Assembly: GCA_048498695.1 (NCBI GenBank) | Contig: JBEHXM010000001.1 | Span: forward strand, 19,940 to 83,939 | Direction of reading: 5' to 3' | From: Bacteroidota bacterium | GTDB taxonomy: Bacteria; Bacteroidota; Bacteroidia; Sphingobacteriales; Sphingobacteriaceae | Length of the DNA stretch: 64,000 bases | Notes under the pieces: generated by a model | The model's input: the letters and a program-made list of their open reading frames with translations, nothing else | What the model was told of the DNA's origin: nothing | The model's database searches: none | Position numbers and translations under genes: made by a program | Part shown: positions 28,132 through 38,057 of the stretch, in pieces | Numbering within the stretch: the stretch's first letter is position 1 | How the letters are laid out: each line of letters starts with the position of its first letter

Positions 28132-28539
28132 ATGACAACAGCAATCGAAGACAGCGAATTGGACGCTGAATTACAGGAGCTTTACCTGGTAAATAAACAA
28201 TGGTTATCTGACTTGGAATTCCTCGATACCGAATTGGAATTCTTAAGGAAGCTTGCCGCAACGGCATCAGTGGCGGTGATCAGAAACGAAGAATTGAACA
28301 GCCTTTATATTTTAGAGGACAGCTACTCCTTCCTTAAAACGGACCTGACGGCATACCTGCATCAGCTCGAACCCTTAATCAAAGGGGAATGCAAAGAACT
28401 GGATCTGAAATTGATCGAAAGTTATACGCAATTGAAGACACGTCTTGCCGAGATGTTTGAGCAATGCAGCAAGCTGAAGAAAGAGATTTTTGAAGTGACC
28501 AAAGCCGATATGATCGAGGCGCATGCTATTATTGAATAG
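28132..28539 (+). CDS. Hypothetical alpha-helical protein
   Basis: 135-aa acidic, Leu-rich ORF with WLSDLEFLDTELEFL; first gene of the pta-ackA operon. Confidence 0.75.
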   Translation: MTTAIEDSELDAELQELYLVNKQWLSDLEFLDTELEFLRKLAATASVAVIRNEELNSLYILEDSYSFLKTDLTAYLHQLEPLIKGECKELDLKLIESYTQLKTRLAEMFEQCSKLKKEIFEVTKADMIEAHAIIE

Positions 28540-28565
28540 TGGTAGCGTTATAAAACCTAATTATT

Positions 28566-30680
28566 ATGGCAAAAACAGTTTTAATTGCGGCTGCCGAGCC
28601 AGGCAGCGGAAAGTCTGTCATAACGATCGGGCTGGTCAACAGCCTTTTGTGTAAAACGAAAAAAGTAGCCTTTTTTAAACCGATCATCAACACAGATGAC
28701 AAGGACAAAAAAGATGTACATATCCAGACCGTCCTTAATCATTTTGAGATTCCGCTTGATTACACCGACACCTATGCGTTTACAAGGCAGGAAGCCATGC
28801 AATTCATAGAAAATGAGAGCCACGGGGAAATGATCGATGCAATCATTGGTAAATACAAGATGATGGAACAGAATTTTGATTTTACGGTGATGGAGGGTAG
28901 CGACTTTACAGGGGAAGGCGTGGCCATTGAATTTGAATTGAACCTGCTCATCGCTAAAAACCTGAGCAGCCCGGCCATCCTGGTGGTCTCAGGCGAATGT
29001 AAAACAGTGGGACAGATCGTCAATGAGAGCCTGAATTTCCTGCATAATTTCAAGGATCACGATATCCAGGTATTGGCTATGATCGTGAATAAGGTCAACC
29101 CGGAACAGTACGAACTGGTGAAAGATATACTTTCCAACCAATTGTCCGGCGATGTGATCCTCTCCGTAATTCCGGATGATCCCGGACTGAAGAACCCTAC
29201 TGTTAAAGAAATATTTGAATATCTCAACGGGGAATTGCTTTTCGGTGAAGAGCTTTTGGATAACCAGGTCGATAATTTTGTGACGGGCGCCATGCAGCTG
29301 CCTAATTTCCTTAACCATATCAAAGAAAACGTACTTATCGTTACGCCCGGAGACAGGGGGGATATTATTATAGGCTCCCTGCAGGCAAATCTGTCCTCCA
29401 GTTATCCCAAAGTTGCAGGAATTGTATTAACGGCGGGGACCAAGCCGGAAGAGCCCGTGATGCGCCTCATCAATGGCCTGCACAGTGTTGTTCCTATCCT
29501 GTCAGTAGAAACCGGTACATTTCAGGCCAGTACGCTCATCGGCGGACTGAGATCGAAGATCGCTTCGGACAATCCAAAAAAAATTCAACTGGCGATCGAT
29601 ACCTTCAATAAATACGTTGACGTTTCGGCGCTTGACAATCAAATTATCACTTACCAGTCTGAGGCGCTTACGCGCCATATGTTCCAGTACCAACTGGTAA
29701 AATGGGCGAAACGGCAAATTAAAACTATCGTATTGCCGGAAGGTGATGATGACCGGATATTAAAAGCGGCGGCACGGCTGGCAGGCCAGGGTATCGCGAG
29801 GCTCATCATCCTTGGAAACTCTTCGGAGGTCGCAGAATCCTATAAGCGGCTTGGCATCGACGTACCGTCGGGAATAACTATCATCAATCCTCAGAATTAT
29901 GGTCAATTTGAGGATTATGTCAGCACGCTGTTCGAGCTACGCAAATCCAAAGGAATGACAATGGAAATGGCACGTGACCTGATGTCGGACGTTTCCTATT
30001 TCGGGACGATGATGGTTTTCAAAGGCGATGCAGATGGCATGGTCTCGGGAGCTGTTCACACCACTCAGCACACCATCAGGCCGGCATTACAGGTCATCAA
30101 AACGAAACCGGGCATTACAACTGTATCATCGGTATTTTTTATGTGCCTGGAGGACAGAGTTTGTGTTTTTGGCGATTGCGCCGTCAACCCGAATCCAACA
30201 GCAGAACAATTGGCCGAAATCGCCATTTCTTCGGCGGAAACGAGCCTTGCATTCGATCTTGAACCCCGGATCGCGATGCTTTCCTATTCATCAGGAAATT
30301 CAGGGAGCGGCGAGGAGGTAGACAAGGTCCGCAGGGCGACAACTATCGTTAAACAATCCCGTCCTGAAATTAAAATTGAGGGGCCGATCCAATATGATGC
30401 GGCGGTCGATCCGGTGATCGGGAAACAAAAGCTGCCGGGCTCGGAAGTCGCCGGACAGGCCAGCGTCCTGATATTTCCTGACCTGAATACCGGAAACAAT
30501 ACCTACAAGGCGGTGCAGCGGGAAACCGGGGCACTAGCCATCGGGCCGATATTGCAGGGCCTGAATAAGCCGGTCAACGACCTGAGCAGGGGATGTACGG
30601 TTGAGGACGTGTTCAATACGATCATCATTACAGCCATCCAGGGCCAGCAGGTATATCAGCTGACGGAATCCTTAACTTAA
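28566..30680 (+). CDS. pta: Phosphate acetyltransferase (long form with DRTGG domain)
   Basis: TPGDRGD, LPEGDDDRIL, GAVHTTQHTIRPA, GPILQGLNKPVNDLSRG. Confidence 0.96.
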   Translation: MAKTVLIAAAEPGSGKSVITIGLVNSLLCKTKKVAFFKPIINTDDKDKKDVHIQTVLNHFEIPLDYTDTYAFTRQEAMQFIENESHGEMIDAIIGKYKMMEQNFDFTVMEGSDFTGEGVAIEFELNLLIAKNLSSPAILVVSGECKTVGQIVNESLNFLHNFKDHDIQVLAMIVNKVNPEQYELVKDILSNQLSGDVILSVIPDDPGLKNPTVKEIFEYLNGELLFGEELLDNQVDNFVTGAMQLPNFLNHIKENVLIVTPGDRGDIIIGSLQANLSSSYPKVAGIVLTAGTKPEEPVMRLINGLHSVVPILSVETGTFQASTLIGGLRSKIASDNPKKIQLAIDTFNKYVDVSALDNQIITYQSEALTRHMFQYQLVKWAKRQIKTIVLPEGDDDRILKAAARLAGQGIARLIILGNSSEVAESYKRLGIDVPSGITIINPQNYGQFEDYVSTLFELRKSKGMTMEMARDLMSDVSYFGTMMVFKGDADGMVSGAVHTTQHTIRPALQVIKTKPGITTVSSVFFMCLEDRVCVFGDCAVNPNPTAEQLAEIAISSAETSLAFDLEPRIAMLSYSSGNSGSGEEVDKVRRATTIVKQSRPEIKIEGPIQYDAAVDPVIGKQKLPGSEVAGQASVLIFPDLNTGNNTYKAVQRETGALAIGPILQGLNKPVNDLSRGCTVEDVFNTIIITAIQGQQVYQLTESLT

Positions 30681-30686
30681 AAATTT

Positions 30687-31904
30687 ATGAATATCCTGGT
30701 AATTAACAGCGGCAGCAGTTCAATTAAATATCAACTGTTTAAAATGCCGGATGAGAGCCCGCTATGCAGTGGCATAGTGGAAAGGATCGGACTCGACAAC
30801 GCCAGTATCAGCCATTCAGTTTTCCTTGATGGAAAGGAAATAAAGAGAAAGGTTACAGCCGTCATTCCCGGCCATCGGGTTGGTATGCAAGAAGTAGGCA
30901 AACTGCTAACCGACGCTGAATATGGGGTGATTAAGCATCCCGGAGATATACAGGTTGTAGGGCACAGGATCGTTCATGGCGGCGAAAAAATGACCATGCC
31001 AATTGTTATCACAGAAAATGTGAAAAAGGAAATTAAACGGCTGTTTTCATTGGCCCCATTGCATAACCCCGGCCACTACCAGGGTATCGAAGTTGCGCAG
31101 CAGTTATTTCATCAGGCGACACATATTGCGGTATTCGATACCGCATTCCACCAAACTCTGCCGGAGAAAGCGTTTCGCTATGCTATTCCTCAAAACTTTT
31201 ATGCTGATCAAGGCATCAGGGTGTACGGGTTTCATGGGATCAGCCACCAATATGTTTCAAAAAAAGCCATGGAATTCCTTGACAGGCCTGATGCTAAGAT
31301 CATCACGGTGCACCTTGGCAATGGCTGCAGCATGGCTGCGATAAACGCAGGAAAATCTATCGATACGACCATGGGACTGACACCCCTCGATGGTTTGATC
31401 ATGGGAACGCGCAGCGGTAGTATTGACCCTTCGGTATTGCTTTTCCTGATGTCAGAACTGAACTATAGCCAACAACAGTTAAATGATTTGCTTAATAAAA
31501 AGAGCGGAATGCTCGGGCTTACCGGATACAGTGATATGCGGGACATCCGAAAGCTTTTGGAACAGGACGACCAGCGCGCACACCTGGCCTACGAAATGTA
31601 CGCCTACCGTATTCAAAAATATATCGGCGCTTATGCCGCTGCGCTCAACGGACTCGATGCATTGGTGTTTACTGCAGGTGTCGGTGAACATGATGCTATC
31701 GTACGTAAAATGGTATGCAGCCAGCTGGATTTTCTCGGCATCAGGATGGACAATATTAGAAATTGCTCCGGCCAAACGGGTATAAGGGAAATCGGTTCCG
31801 CATTTTCCCGTGTAAATATCCTGGTAATCCCTACGAATGAAGAATTGGAAATAGCAGTGCAATGTGATGAACTGATAGCAGGCACGACCGTTGGAAATGT
31901 TTGA
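30687..31904 (+). CDS. ackA: Acetate kinase
   Basis: INSGSSSIK, GHRIVHGG, APLHNP, YGFHGISH, FTAGVGE, PTNEE. Confidence 0.96.
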   Translation: MNILVINSGSSSIKYQLFKMPDESPLCSGIVERIGLDNASISHSVFLDGKEIKRKVTAVIPGHRVGMQEVGKLLTDAEYGVIKHPGDIQVVGHRIVHGGEKMTMPIVITENVKKEIKRLFSLAPLHNPGHYQGIEVAQQLFHQATHIAVFDTAFHQTLPEKAFRYAIPQNFYADQGIRVYGFHGISHQYVSKKAMEFLDRPDAKIITVHLGNGCSMAAINAGKSIDTTMGLTPLDGLIMGTRSGSIDPSVLLFLMSELNYSQQQLNDLLNKKSGMLGLTGYSDMRDIRKLLEQDDQRAHLAYEMYAYRIQKYIGAYAAALNGLDALVFTAGVGEHDAIVRKMVCSQLDFLGIRMDNIRNCSGQTGIREIGSAFSRVNILVIPTNEELEIAVQCDELIAGTTVGNV

Positions 31905-31920
31905 GTTGTAAAATCTAAAT

Positions 31921-31958
31921 GCCCGCCTGTCATGTTTGAAATTGGCAGGCGGGCTTTT
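31921..31958 (+). terminator. Terminator after ackA
   Basis: GCCCGCCTG/CAGGCGGGC stem followed by TTTT. Confidence 0.75.
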
Positions 31959-31985
31959 ACGTTTTTAGAAATATCTTCTGTTCCT

Positions 31986-34229
31986 CTAGAAGAATAGACT
32001 GAATTTCAGTTTTGCAAAGAATGGTGTCCCTGGGGTAATGCTAACACCGTCAACGGGTGTTGCTTCGCTTCTCAACTTAGTTTCTTCCTCTACTGAATAT
32101 TCATCCCACTTAGTATTCAGCAAATTTTCAATGGAGAGACCGATCTCATAGCGTTTTTTCGTATAGTTAATAGCAAAGTCGGTTACATAATAGCCCCTTG
32201 CCTTGAGTGAGTAATCGTTATTTGCAGGGCGGTCGGTCATGCAGCGATAACTTAATCCGCCGTTGATGCCATTTTTCAATTTGAAGTCCAGTCCGCCCGT
32301 GCTGGTAAAGGTTGGCGCCAGTGCTACATATCCCTGGCCCTTCAGGCTATCCAGCAGGCGGGGCTTAGCGATATTCACGTTAAGCCTGCCATATAGCCAA
32401 TCGGTAAACTGGTAACGTGCAGTAAAATCTGCACCAATTCGCCGGGTCTGGCCTCCAGGCTCAACACCTCCGTCATCCGTAAACACAAATTCCTGGTGGA
32501 GGTAGAGGTACCAAAGGGCCATATTGATATATAACTTTGGCAAAGGTTTCCAATTTACGCCGAGGTCCGTGCCATAGGCAGAAGGCAAGGTTTGCAAACC
32601 GTTTTGATAGATCACCGCCCGGGTGTCGTTTGAATGAAATCCTTTTCCTGTTTTTAAATAGAACTGAAGTGACGGATCTGCGGTGAATTCGATGTTCAGT
32701 TTGGGGCTAAAGATAACGTTGCTGATCGAAGGGACAGAGGCGTCGAGCTTGTTGTCGTAATTGAAACGGAAATAATCAACTCGGGTTCCTGCATTGAACA
32801 CCCATTTCCCATATTCAATGCTTTCATCGATAAAGCCATTAATATTGTTCTCTAAAATATTGCCCAGCTGATCCACTGACAGCACATTATTTTGTGGGTC
32901 TACATGATCAAGTTCGGAATTGTTTGTCCGGTCGAGCCTCAGCCCAAGGCCTGCGGCAGAAGTTAAAGATGCGTTCGACCAATCGTTCCGGTGGCTAAAC
33001 CGGCCGTTGTAACCAAACAGATTTCTTGCTTCCCGTTGCTTTACAGCGTCACCATTCAGGCTATCCTCTGCGAAGAATGTACTGTTAACCCGCAAACGAA
33101 AATTATACCGGCTGTAGTAGATTTGATTTTCCAGCGAGTTGCCGTCTTTCAGATCAGTAGTTAGCCGGGCAATGATATTGGCCCTGTTTGAGCTGCCACC
33201 TTGCAGGCTGTCTATCGTGGCGAAACGGTTGAGGCTCCCATTGTCAATTAACCGAACCGGGATCTCGCCTGAAGCGCGCCAGTTGGTATTAAAATAGGAA
33301 GCTATGAAGGTGAATTTGTTGGCAGAATCCAGCATGATATTATATTTCCCGAACACGTTCACGCGTTTATAATGTTCAGCGAATTGAAAGGGGCCGTCTG
33401 TATAATTATACTCACCTGCTATATAGGCGTTTTGACCTTTTGCGCTGTTTCTTTCGTTCAACAAATTGATCATGGCCATTTCACGATGGGTATTGAACTG
33501 CCCTGCTTCCAGGCGTATCATGCTGTTGGTCAATGCATTTTTTGTCTGATAATTCACATAGCCGGCTGTGGTAAAGTCACCATAATTTGTATAATAAGGG
33601 CCCTTGCCAAAATCGTAGCCGGACACGGTTTCGGGGATCAGGTAATGCATATCTGCATATCCCTGGCCGTGAATGTGTGACACCATATTTACGGGCAGTC
33701 CATCGATGGAAATGTTTACGTCGGTGCCGTGGTCGGCATCAAATCCTCTCAGGAATATCTGTTCTGCTTTTCCTCCTCCCATGTGCTGGGCGATGAACAA
33801 ACCGGGTACCAGGCGCAGCAAGTCCTGCGATGAGTTGACCGGCCTCAAATTGAGATCGAGTTTGCAGATGGTATTGAAACAACAAGTGTTTAATTGCGGT
33901 GCAATTCTTACTTCCCTTAGATTGATGGAAGCAGGAGATAGTGCAAAAGTCATCCCGTTGCAGCATGACCTGGCACATACTTCCTGCGTCGCATATCCGA
34001 GGTAGGTGACCGTTATCATGGATGAATCTGAAGGTACCAGGATTTTGAAAATGCCAAACTTGTCCGTGCCGGAACTTCTTCCGGAAGACCTGGCGGTAAT
34101 GGTTGCAAACTCAATGGGCTGATGGGTAGCGGAGTCAATGACTTTTCCGCTGATTATTTTTTGTGCGTTGCTGATTTCTGAAAGGAGCAGCAGCGAACTA
34201 AACAAAAGTATTTTTTTAATAATAGACAT
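31986..34229 (-). CDS. TonB-dependent receptor (non-SusC; probable metal/cofactor substrate)
   Basis: Signal peptide, carboxypeptidase-like N-domain, plug QHMGGGKAEQIFLRGFDADHGTD, ENLLN, C-terminal F. Confidence 0.9.
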   Translation of the reverse strand: MSIIKKILLFSSLLLLSEISNAQKIISGKVIDSATHQPIEFATITARSSGRSSGTDKFGIFKILVPSDSSMITVTYLGYATQEVCARSCCNGMTFALSPASINLREVRIAPQLNTCCFNTICKLDLNLRPVNSSQDLLRLVPGLFIAQHMGGGKAEQIFLRGFDADHGTDVNISIDGLPVNMVSHIHGQGYADMHYLIPETVSGYDFGKGPYYTNYGDFTTAGYVNYQTKNALTNSMIRLEAGQFNTHREMAMINLLNERNSAKGQNAYIAGEYNYTDGPFQFAEHYKRVNVFGKYNIMLDSANKFTFIASYFNTNWRASGEIPVRLIDNGSLNRFATIDSLQGGSSNRANIIARLTTDLKDGNSLENQIYYSRYNFRLRVNSTFFAEDSLNGDAVKQREARNLFGYNGRFSHRNDWSNASLTSAAGLGLRLDRTNNSELDHVDPQNNVLSVDQLGNILENNINGFIDESIEYGKWVFNAGTRVDYFRFNYDNKLDASVPSISNVIFSPKLNIEFTADPSLQFYLKTGKGFHSNDTRAVIYQNGLQTLPSAYGTDLGVNWKPLPKLYINMALWYLYLHQEFVFTDDGGVEPGGQTRRIGADFTARYQFTDWLYGRLNVNIAKPRLLDSLKGQGYVALAPTFTSTGGLDFKLKNGINGGLSYRCMTDRPANNDYSLKARGYYVTDFAINYTKKRYEIGLSIENLLNTKWDEYSVEEETKLRSEATPVDGVSITPGTPFFAKLKFSLFF

Positions 34230-34367
34230 GATATTTTTATTGCATACCGTACCATTTCCAATTCGATATGAGTACGATACCGGGTTAAACTAAAAAGGGA
34301 GGTGCGTTTCCCTCGTTGGAACTGGGTGATAGAACAAAGTTCGATCGGATCAGGAAATAGAGCAGGT

Positions 34368-34736
34368 CTATTGAGGAGGCTGAATAATTCCCGGCGGCGG
34401 CAGATCTAGCAGGCTTGCCAGGTAGGGCGTGGAAATAACTGCCGTCAGGCCCGTATGGAACACGAACCTGTAAATGGGTTCGACTATACTTTCCTGGATA
34501 TTATCCTGTTGGCTTTCCCGGCTTTCCTTTTTTCCCTTTTCTTCGGCTTGCCTGATCTTCTTCATCAGGTAACATTTTCCATTGCAGTGTATCCAGGGTT
34601 TATTCTTGTTTTCGCAAAAGGAAGCGGTGATATATTTTTGATTAACCTTAAACGCAGCGCAAATGAAGTACCTGGAACAGTTCGAAACTGTCAGCGTAAT
34701 CAGAAGCATAAAAGCGATCATTCGGTTAAACATCAT
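34368..34736 (-). CDS. Cys-motif hypothetical protein (C-x9-CNGKC; ends IIQPPQ), candidate leader of the TonB receptor
   Basis: 122-aa ORF with hydrophobic N-terminus, FCENKNKPWIHCNGKCYL, Pro-rich C-terminus. Confidence 0.75.
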   Translation of the reverse strand: MMFNRMIAFMLLITLTVSNCSRYFICAAFKVNQKYITASFCENKNKPWIHCNGKCYLMKKIRQAEEKGKKESRESQQDNIQESIVEPIYRFVFHTGLTAVISTPYLASLLDLPPPGIIQPPQ

Positions 34737-34755
34737 TCGGGGTTCTTAATGCTGA

Positions 34756-34820
34756 CAAATCTACCCCGGCCTGAAAAGTCCTGCCATGAGCATCATCACC
34801 TGTAAAAATGATCTGTATCA
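34756..34820 (-). promoter_or_regulatory. Paired boxes (34787, 34809) + -7 element for the Cys-motif ORF / TBDR
   Basis: TGAGCATCATCA and TGATCTGTATCA; TAGATTTG on the minus strand 23 nt from the proximal box. Confidence 0.7.
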
Positions 34821-34929
34821 GTTTTGACATTTCCTGGTACAAGGGGGAATTTCAATGGATTGAGGGGCATGCAGCGTGGAAATCTCCGATTTCAGGCTTT
34901 CGGTGCCGAACGTCAAACACATTTAAAAA

Positions 34930-34972
34930 TGATTGAGGTCATTTTTAACGGGCAAAGCCGTGCTCAACTTTA
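34930..34972 (+). promoter_or_regulatory. Single box + -7 element for the exporter operon
   Basis: TGATTGAGGTCA at 34930; CAACTTTA at 34965. Confidence 0.6.
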
Positions 34973-35001
34973 CCGCTGTTTAAAATGCAATTGAATTGGA
35001 T

Positions 35002-36099
35002 ATGGTAAACAGGAATTTCAGCATATGCATGGTGACATTATTGTTTGTTGCCTGCAGCAGCAATAATACTTTGCACCCAGTAAGGAAAGATATCGTGGAA
35101 ACGGTATATGCCTCGGGAAAGGTGACAGGCGACGGGGAATACAACCTTTGCAGCCTGGCGGGCGGAACAATTGTCAGGAAACTTGTAAGGGACGGTGATC
35201 ACGTAGCGAAAGGACAGGTGATATATATCATCCGTTCAGAGTCGCCCGCAGCAAAGCTGGATGCCGCTAAAAGCACCTATATAAATGCCAGTGAAAATGC
35301 AGGAGCGCAATCTGCCGTGCTCGATAACCTTAAATTGGACATGCAGAATGCTTCATTGAAGTGCTCGAATGATTCCCTGCAATATATCCGCCTGAAAAAT
35401 TTGTATGATCAGGATATCGGCACCAGGAGCAACCTCGACCTTGCGTATACGACTTACCGGCTTTCCGAAAATCAAAAACGATCTGCCGGAAAAAAGTATT
35501 ATGCTGCCAAAAACGACCTTGCGGTAAGCGCGCAAAATGCAAAGAGCCAGATGGTAGCGGCAAGATCAGACCTTGACAATAATTATATCCGGAGCGAAAA
35601 AGATGGAACGGTTTATCAGACCTTGAGAGAAGAGGGGGATGCAATTCGTCCGGGCGATGCAGTGGCCCTTCTCGGTCCTCAAAACAAGATGATCATACGG
35701 CTTGCTGTCGATCAGCAGGATGTTAACCTGGTGAAAACCGGCCAGCTGGTGCTATTTAAAACCGATGTTACGGGCAATACTATTTACAAAGCCATTGTAA
35801 GGCAAATATACCCGCTGATGAATGAATCTGACCAGACCTTCAGAGTGGATGCCGTTCCTGATGAGGCTTCCGTTCAATCTTTTATTCACTCTTCGGTTGA
35901 AGGCAATATACTCATCCGCAAAAGCAAATCGGCCATTGTAATTCCCCGGTCGGCCTTGCTGGATGGCGATAGTGTGCGGATCGTGCGCAGTGGCAAGACT
36001 TTGCGGGTGCCGGTTCAGACAGGCGTATCCTCCTTGGAAGAGATCGAGATCACGAACGGCATACTGACTTCGGACGAACTAATCATGCCAGCCAAATGA
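35002..36099 (+). CDS. Efflux periplasmic adaptor (HlyD/MacA-like) lipoprotein
   Basis: Lipobox FVAC, VYASGKV, coiled-coil hairpin, IRSEKDGTV. Confidence 0.88.
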   Translation: MVNRNFSICMVTLLFVACSSNNTLHPVRKDIVETVYASGKVTGDGEYNLCSLAGGTIVRKLVRDGDHVAKGQVIYIIRSESPAAKLDAAKSTYINASENAGAQSAVLDNLKLDMQNASLKCSNDSLQYIRLKNLYDQDIGTRSNLDLAYTTYRLSENQKRSAGKKYYAAKNDLAVSAQNAKSQMVAARSDLDNNYIRSEKDGTVYQTLREEGDAIRPGDAVALLGPQNKMIIRLAVDQQDVNLVKTGQLVLFKTDVTGNTIYKAIVRQIYPLMNESDQTFRVDAVPDEASVQSFIHSSVEGNILIRKSKSAIVIPRSALLDGDSVRIVRSGKTLRVPVQTGVSSLEEIEITNGILTSDELIMPAK

Positions 36100-37355
36100 G
36101 CCTTTCTGTCAATTTAAGCATATCGAGGACGCACCTGCTTGCGCGTAAAAAACAGACGATGGTAGCTATGCTTGGCGTAACATTCGGCATCGCCATGTTT
36201 ATCCTGATGATCAGCTTTATGGAAGGCGTGAACCAGTTCTTGCAGGATACTATGCTCTCGTCAACTCCCGATATCCACATCTACAACGACCTGAAAACAG
36301 ACTATACTTCGTCGGTCACGAAGGATTATTTCCGGGACAACAATCAGCTGATCATCGTCCGGCACCCCAAACCAAAGCAGGTTCGCCTTAACCTTAAAAA
36401 CGCGGAAGGGATCATCGCCTCGCTGAAAAGTGACTCCAGGATCACCGCCATCTCACCGGAGCTAAGCACACAGGTTTTCTACAATTACGGCCCGGTGCAA
36501 ATAAATGGGTTCATCGACGGAGTAAACATTATGCAGGAGGCAAGACTATATGATCTGGCAGGAAAAATAACCGAAGGCAAGCTGCAAAACCTGCTGACAA
36601 CAACGAACGGACTGATCATGGGTTCGGGACTTGCCGCCAAACTGAATACCCATACCGGTGACCTCGTCACGTTAACTACCCCTTATGGCAGTACCATGCG
36701 ATTTAGAGTCGTGGGGTTGTTCACTATTGGTATCAGTGCAATTGATGATGTGAAGGGTTACGTTAACCTCACTACGGTCCAGCAGCTGATGGGGAAAGAC
36801 CGCAGCTATATCACGGATATCAATATCAAACTCAACAACAATGAAGCCGCTATCCCCATCGCTATCGCACTCTCGAAAATGACGGGCTATAAGGCTGACG
36901 ACTGGCAAACGGCAAATTCTTCAGTTATGGCGTCCAACCTGATCCGGAACGTGCTCACCTATGTGGTCAGCGTCACTTTGCTGATCGTCGCCGGATTCGG
37001 CATCTACAATATCATGAATATGACCATCGCCAATAAAATGAAGGATATTGCTATCCTGAAAGCGCAGGGATTTGAAAGGAAAGATATCATCGAAATATTC
37101 CTGAGCCAGTCTGTTGTGATTGGAAGCCTTGGGGCTATGCTGGGCATTCTCCTGGGATTTATCTTATCCTATATACTCTCCAGGATGCCCTTCCCGGAAA
37201 GCCAGTTTGTTGCGCTGAAATATTATCCGGTTGTTTTCCGGCCCTTGTATTATCTCTTCGGCTTTTTGTTTGGCGTATCGACCACTTTTCTTGCCGGGCT
37301 AATGCCATCCGTCAAGGCTGCAAAAATTGATCCTGTAATTATATTAAGAGGATAG
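36096..37355 (+). CDS. ABC permease (LolE/FtsX-like)
   Basis: MLGVTFGIAMFI, GFGIYNIMNM, KAAKIDPVIILRG. Confidence 0.88.
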   Translation: MSLSVNLSISRTHLLARKKQTMVAMLGVTFGIAMFILMISFMEGVNQFLQDTMLSSTPDIHIYNDLKTDYTSSVTKDYFRDNNQLIIVRHPKPKQVRLNLKNAEGIIASLKSDSRITAISPELSTQVFYNYGPVQINGFIDGVNIMQEARLYDLAGKITEGKLQNLLTTTNGLIMGSGLAAKLNTHTGDLVTLTTPYGSTMRFRVVGLFTIGISAIDDVKGYVNLTTVQQLMGKDRSYITDINIKLNNNEAAIPIAIALSKMTGYKADDWQTANSSVMASNLIRNVLTYVVSVTLLIVAGFGIYNIMNMTIANKMKDIAILKAQGFERKDIIEIFLSQSVVIGSLGAMLGILLGFILSYILSRMPFPESQFVALKYYPVVFRPLYYLFGFLFGVSTTFLAGLMPSVKAAKIDPVIILRG

Positions 37356-37358
37356 ATC

Positions 37359-38057
37359 ATGATAGAAGTGCTTAGGACCAACGACCTCCAGAAATATTTC
37401 AACGAGCCTGAACCCTTTCACGTGCTGAAGGATATTTCCATAAGCGTAAAAAAGGGAGAACTTGTGACGCTTACCGGGAAATCGGGCAGCGGTAAATCTA
37501 CCTTGTTGTACTTGCTCAGTACGCTGGATACGGACTATACGGGCGAAATCGTCATAAACGGAACAGCAGTGACCGGCCTCGGGCAAAATGAGCTGGCCAG
37601 GTTCAGGAATGAACATATCGGGTTTGTATTCCAATTTCACTTTTTACTGCCTGAATTCACTGTGCTGCAAAACGTGATGCTGCCGGCGCTTAAGCTGAAT
37701 AAATATCCAAAGGCAGAAATAGAACGCAATGCATTAGAAAAACTAAAAAAAATGGGTATGGATGGCTTCGCTGACAAGCTATCGGGCAAACTTTCCGGCG
37801 GGCAGCAGCAGCGCGTGGCAATCGCACGTGCTTTGATCAACGAGCCGACGATCATTATGGCTGATGAACCTACCGGGAACCTGGATAGTGCAAATGGGAA
37901 AAACGTCTTTGAGGTATTCCAGGCAATGGCCCATGAGGATGGTAAAACGATCATTATGGTCACACATGATCCTGATTTCGCACGACTTTCCGACCGGTCC
38001 ATCGAATTGATCGACGGCGGTATCGTGAATAAAAATGCGGCCTTTACAGTCGGTTAA
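37359..38057 (+). CDS. ABC ATP-binding protein (LolD/MacB-like)
   Basis: GKSGSGKST, LSGGQQQRV, ADEPTGNLD. Confidence 0.93.
   Translation: MIEVLRTNDLQKYFNEPEPFHVLKDISISVKKGELVTLTGKSGSGKSTLLYLLSTLDTDYTGEIVINGTAVTGLGQNELARFRNEHIGFVFQFHFLLPEFTVLQNVMLPALKLNKYPKAEIERNALEKLKKMGMDGFADKLSGKLSGGQQQRVAIARALINEPTIIMADEPTGNLDSANGKNVFEVFQAMAHEDGKTIIMVTHDPDFARLSDRSIELIDGGIVNKNAAFTVG

Noticed and set aside
34904-34915. TGCCGAACGTCA as partner of box 34930
   Set aside because: Spacing is 26 rather than 22 bp and one half-site is mismatched; not counted as a pair.
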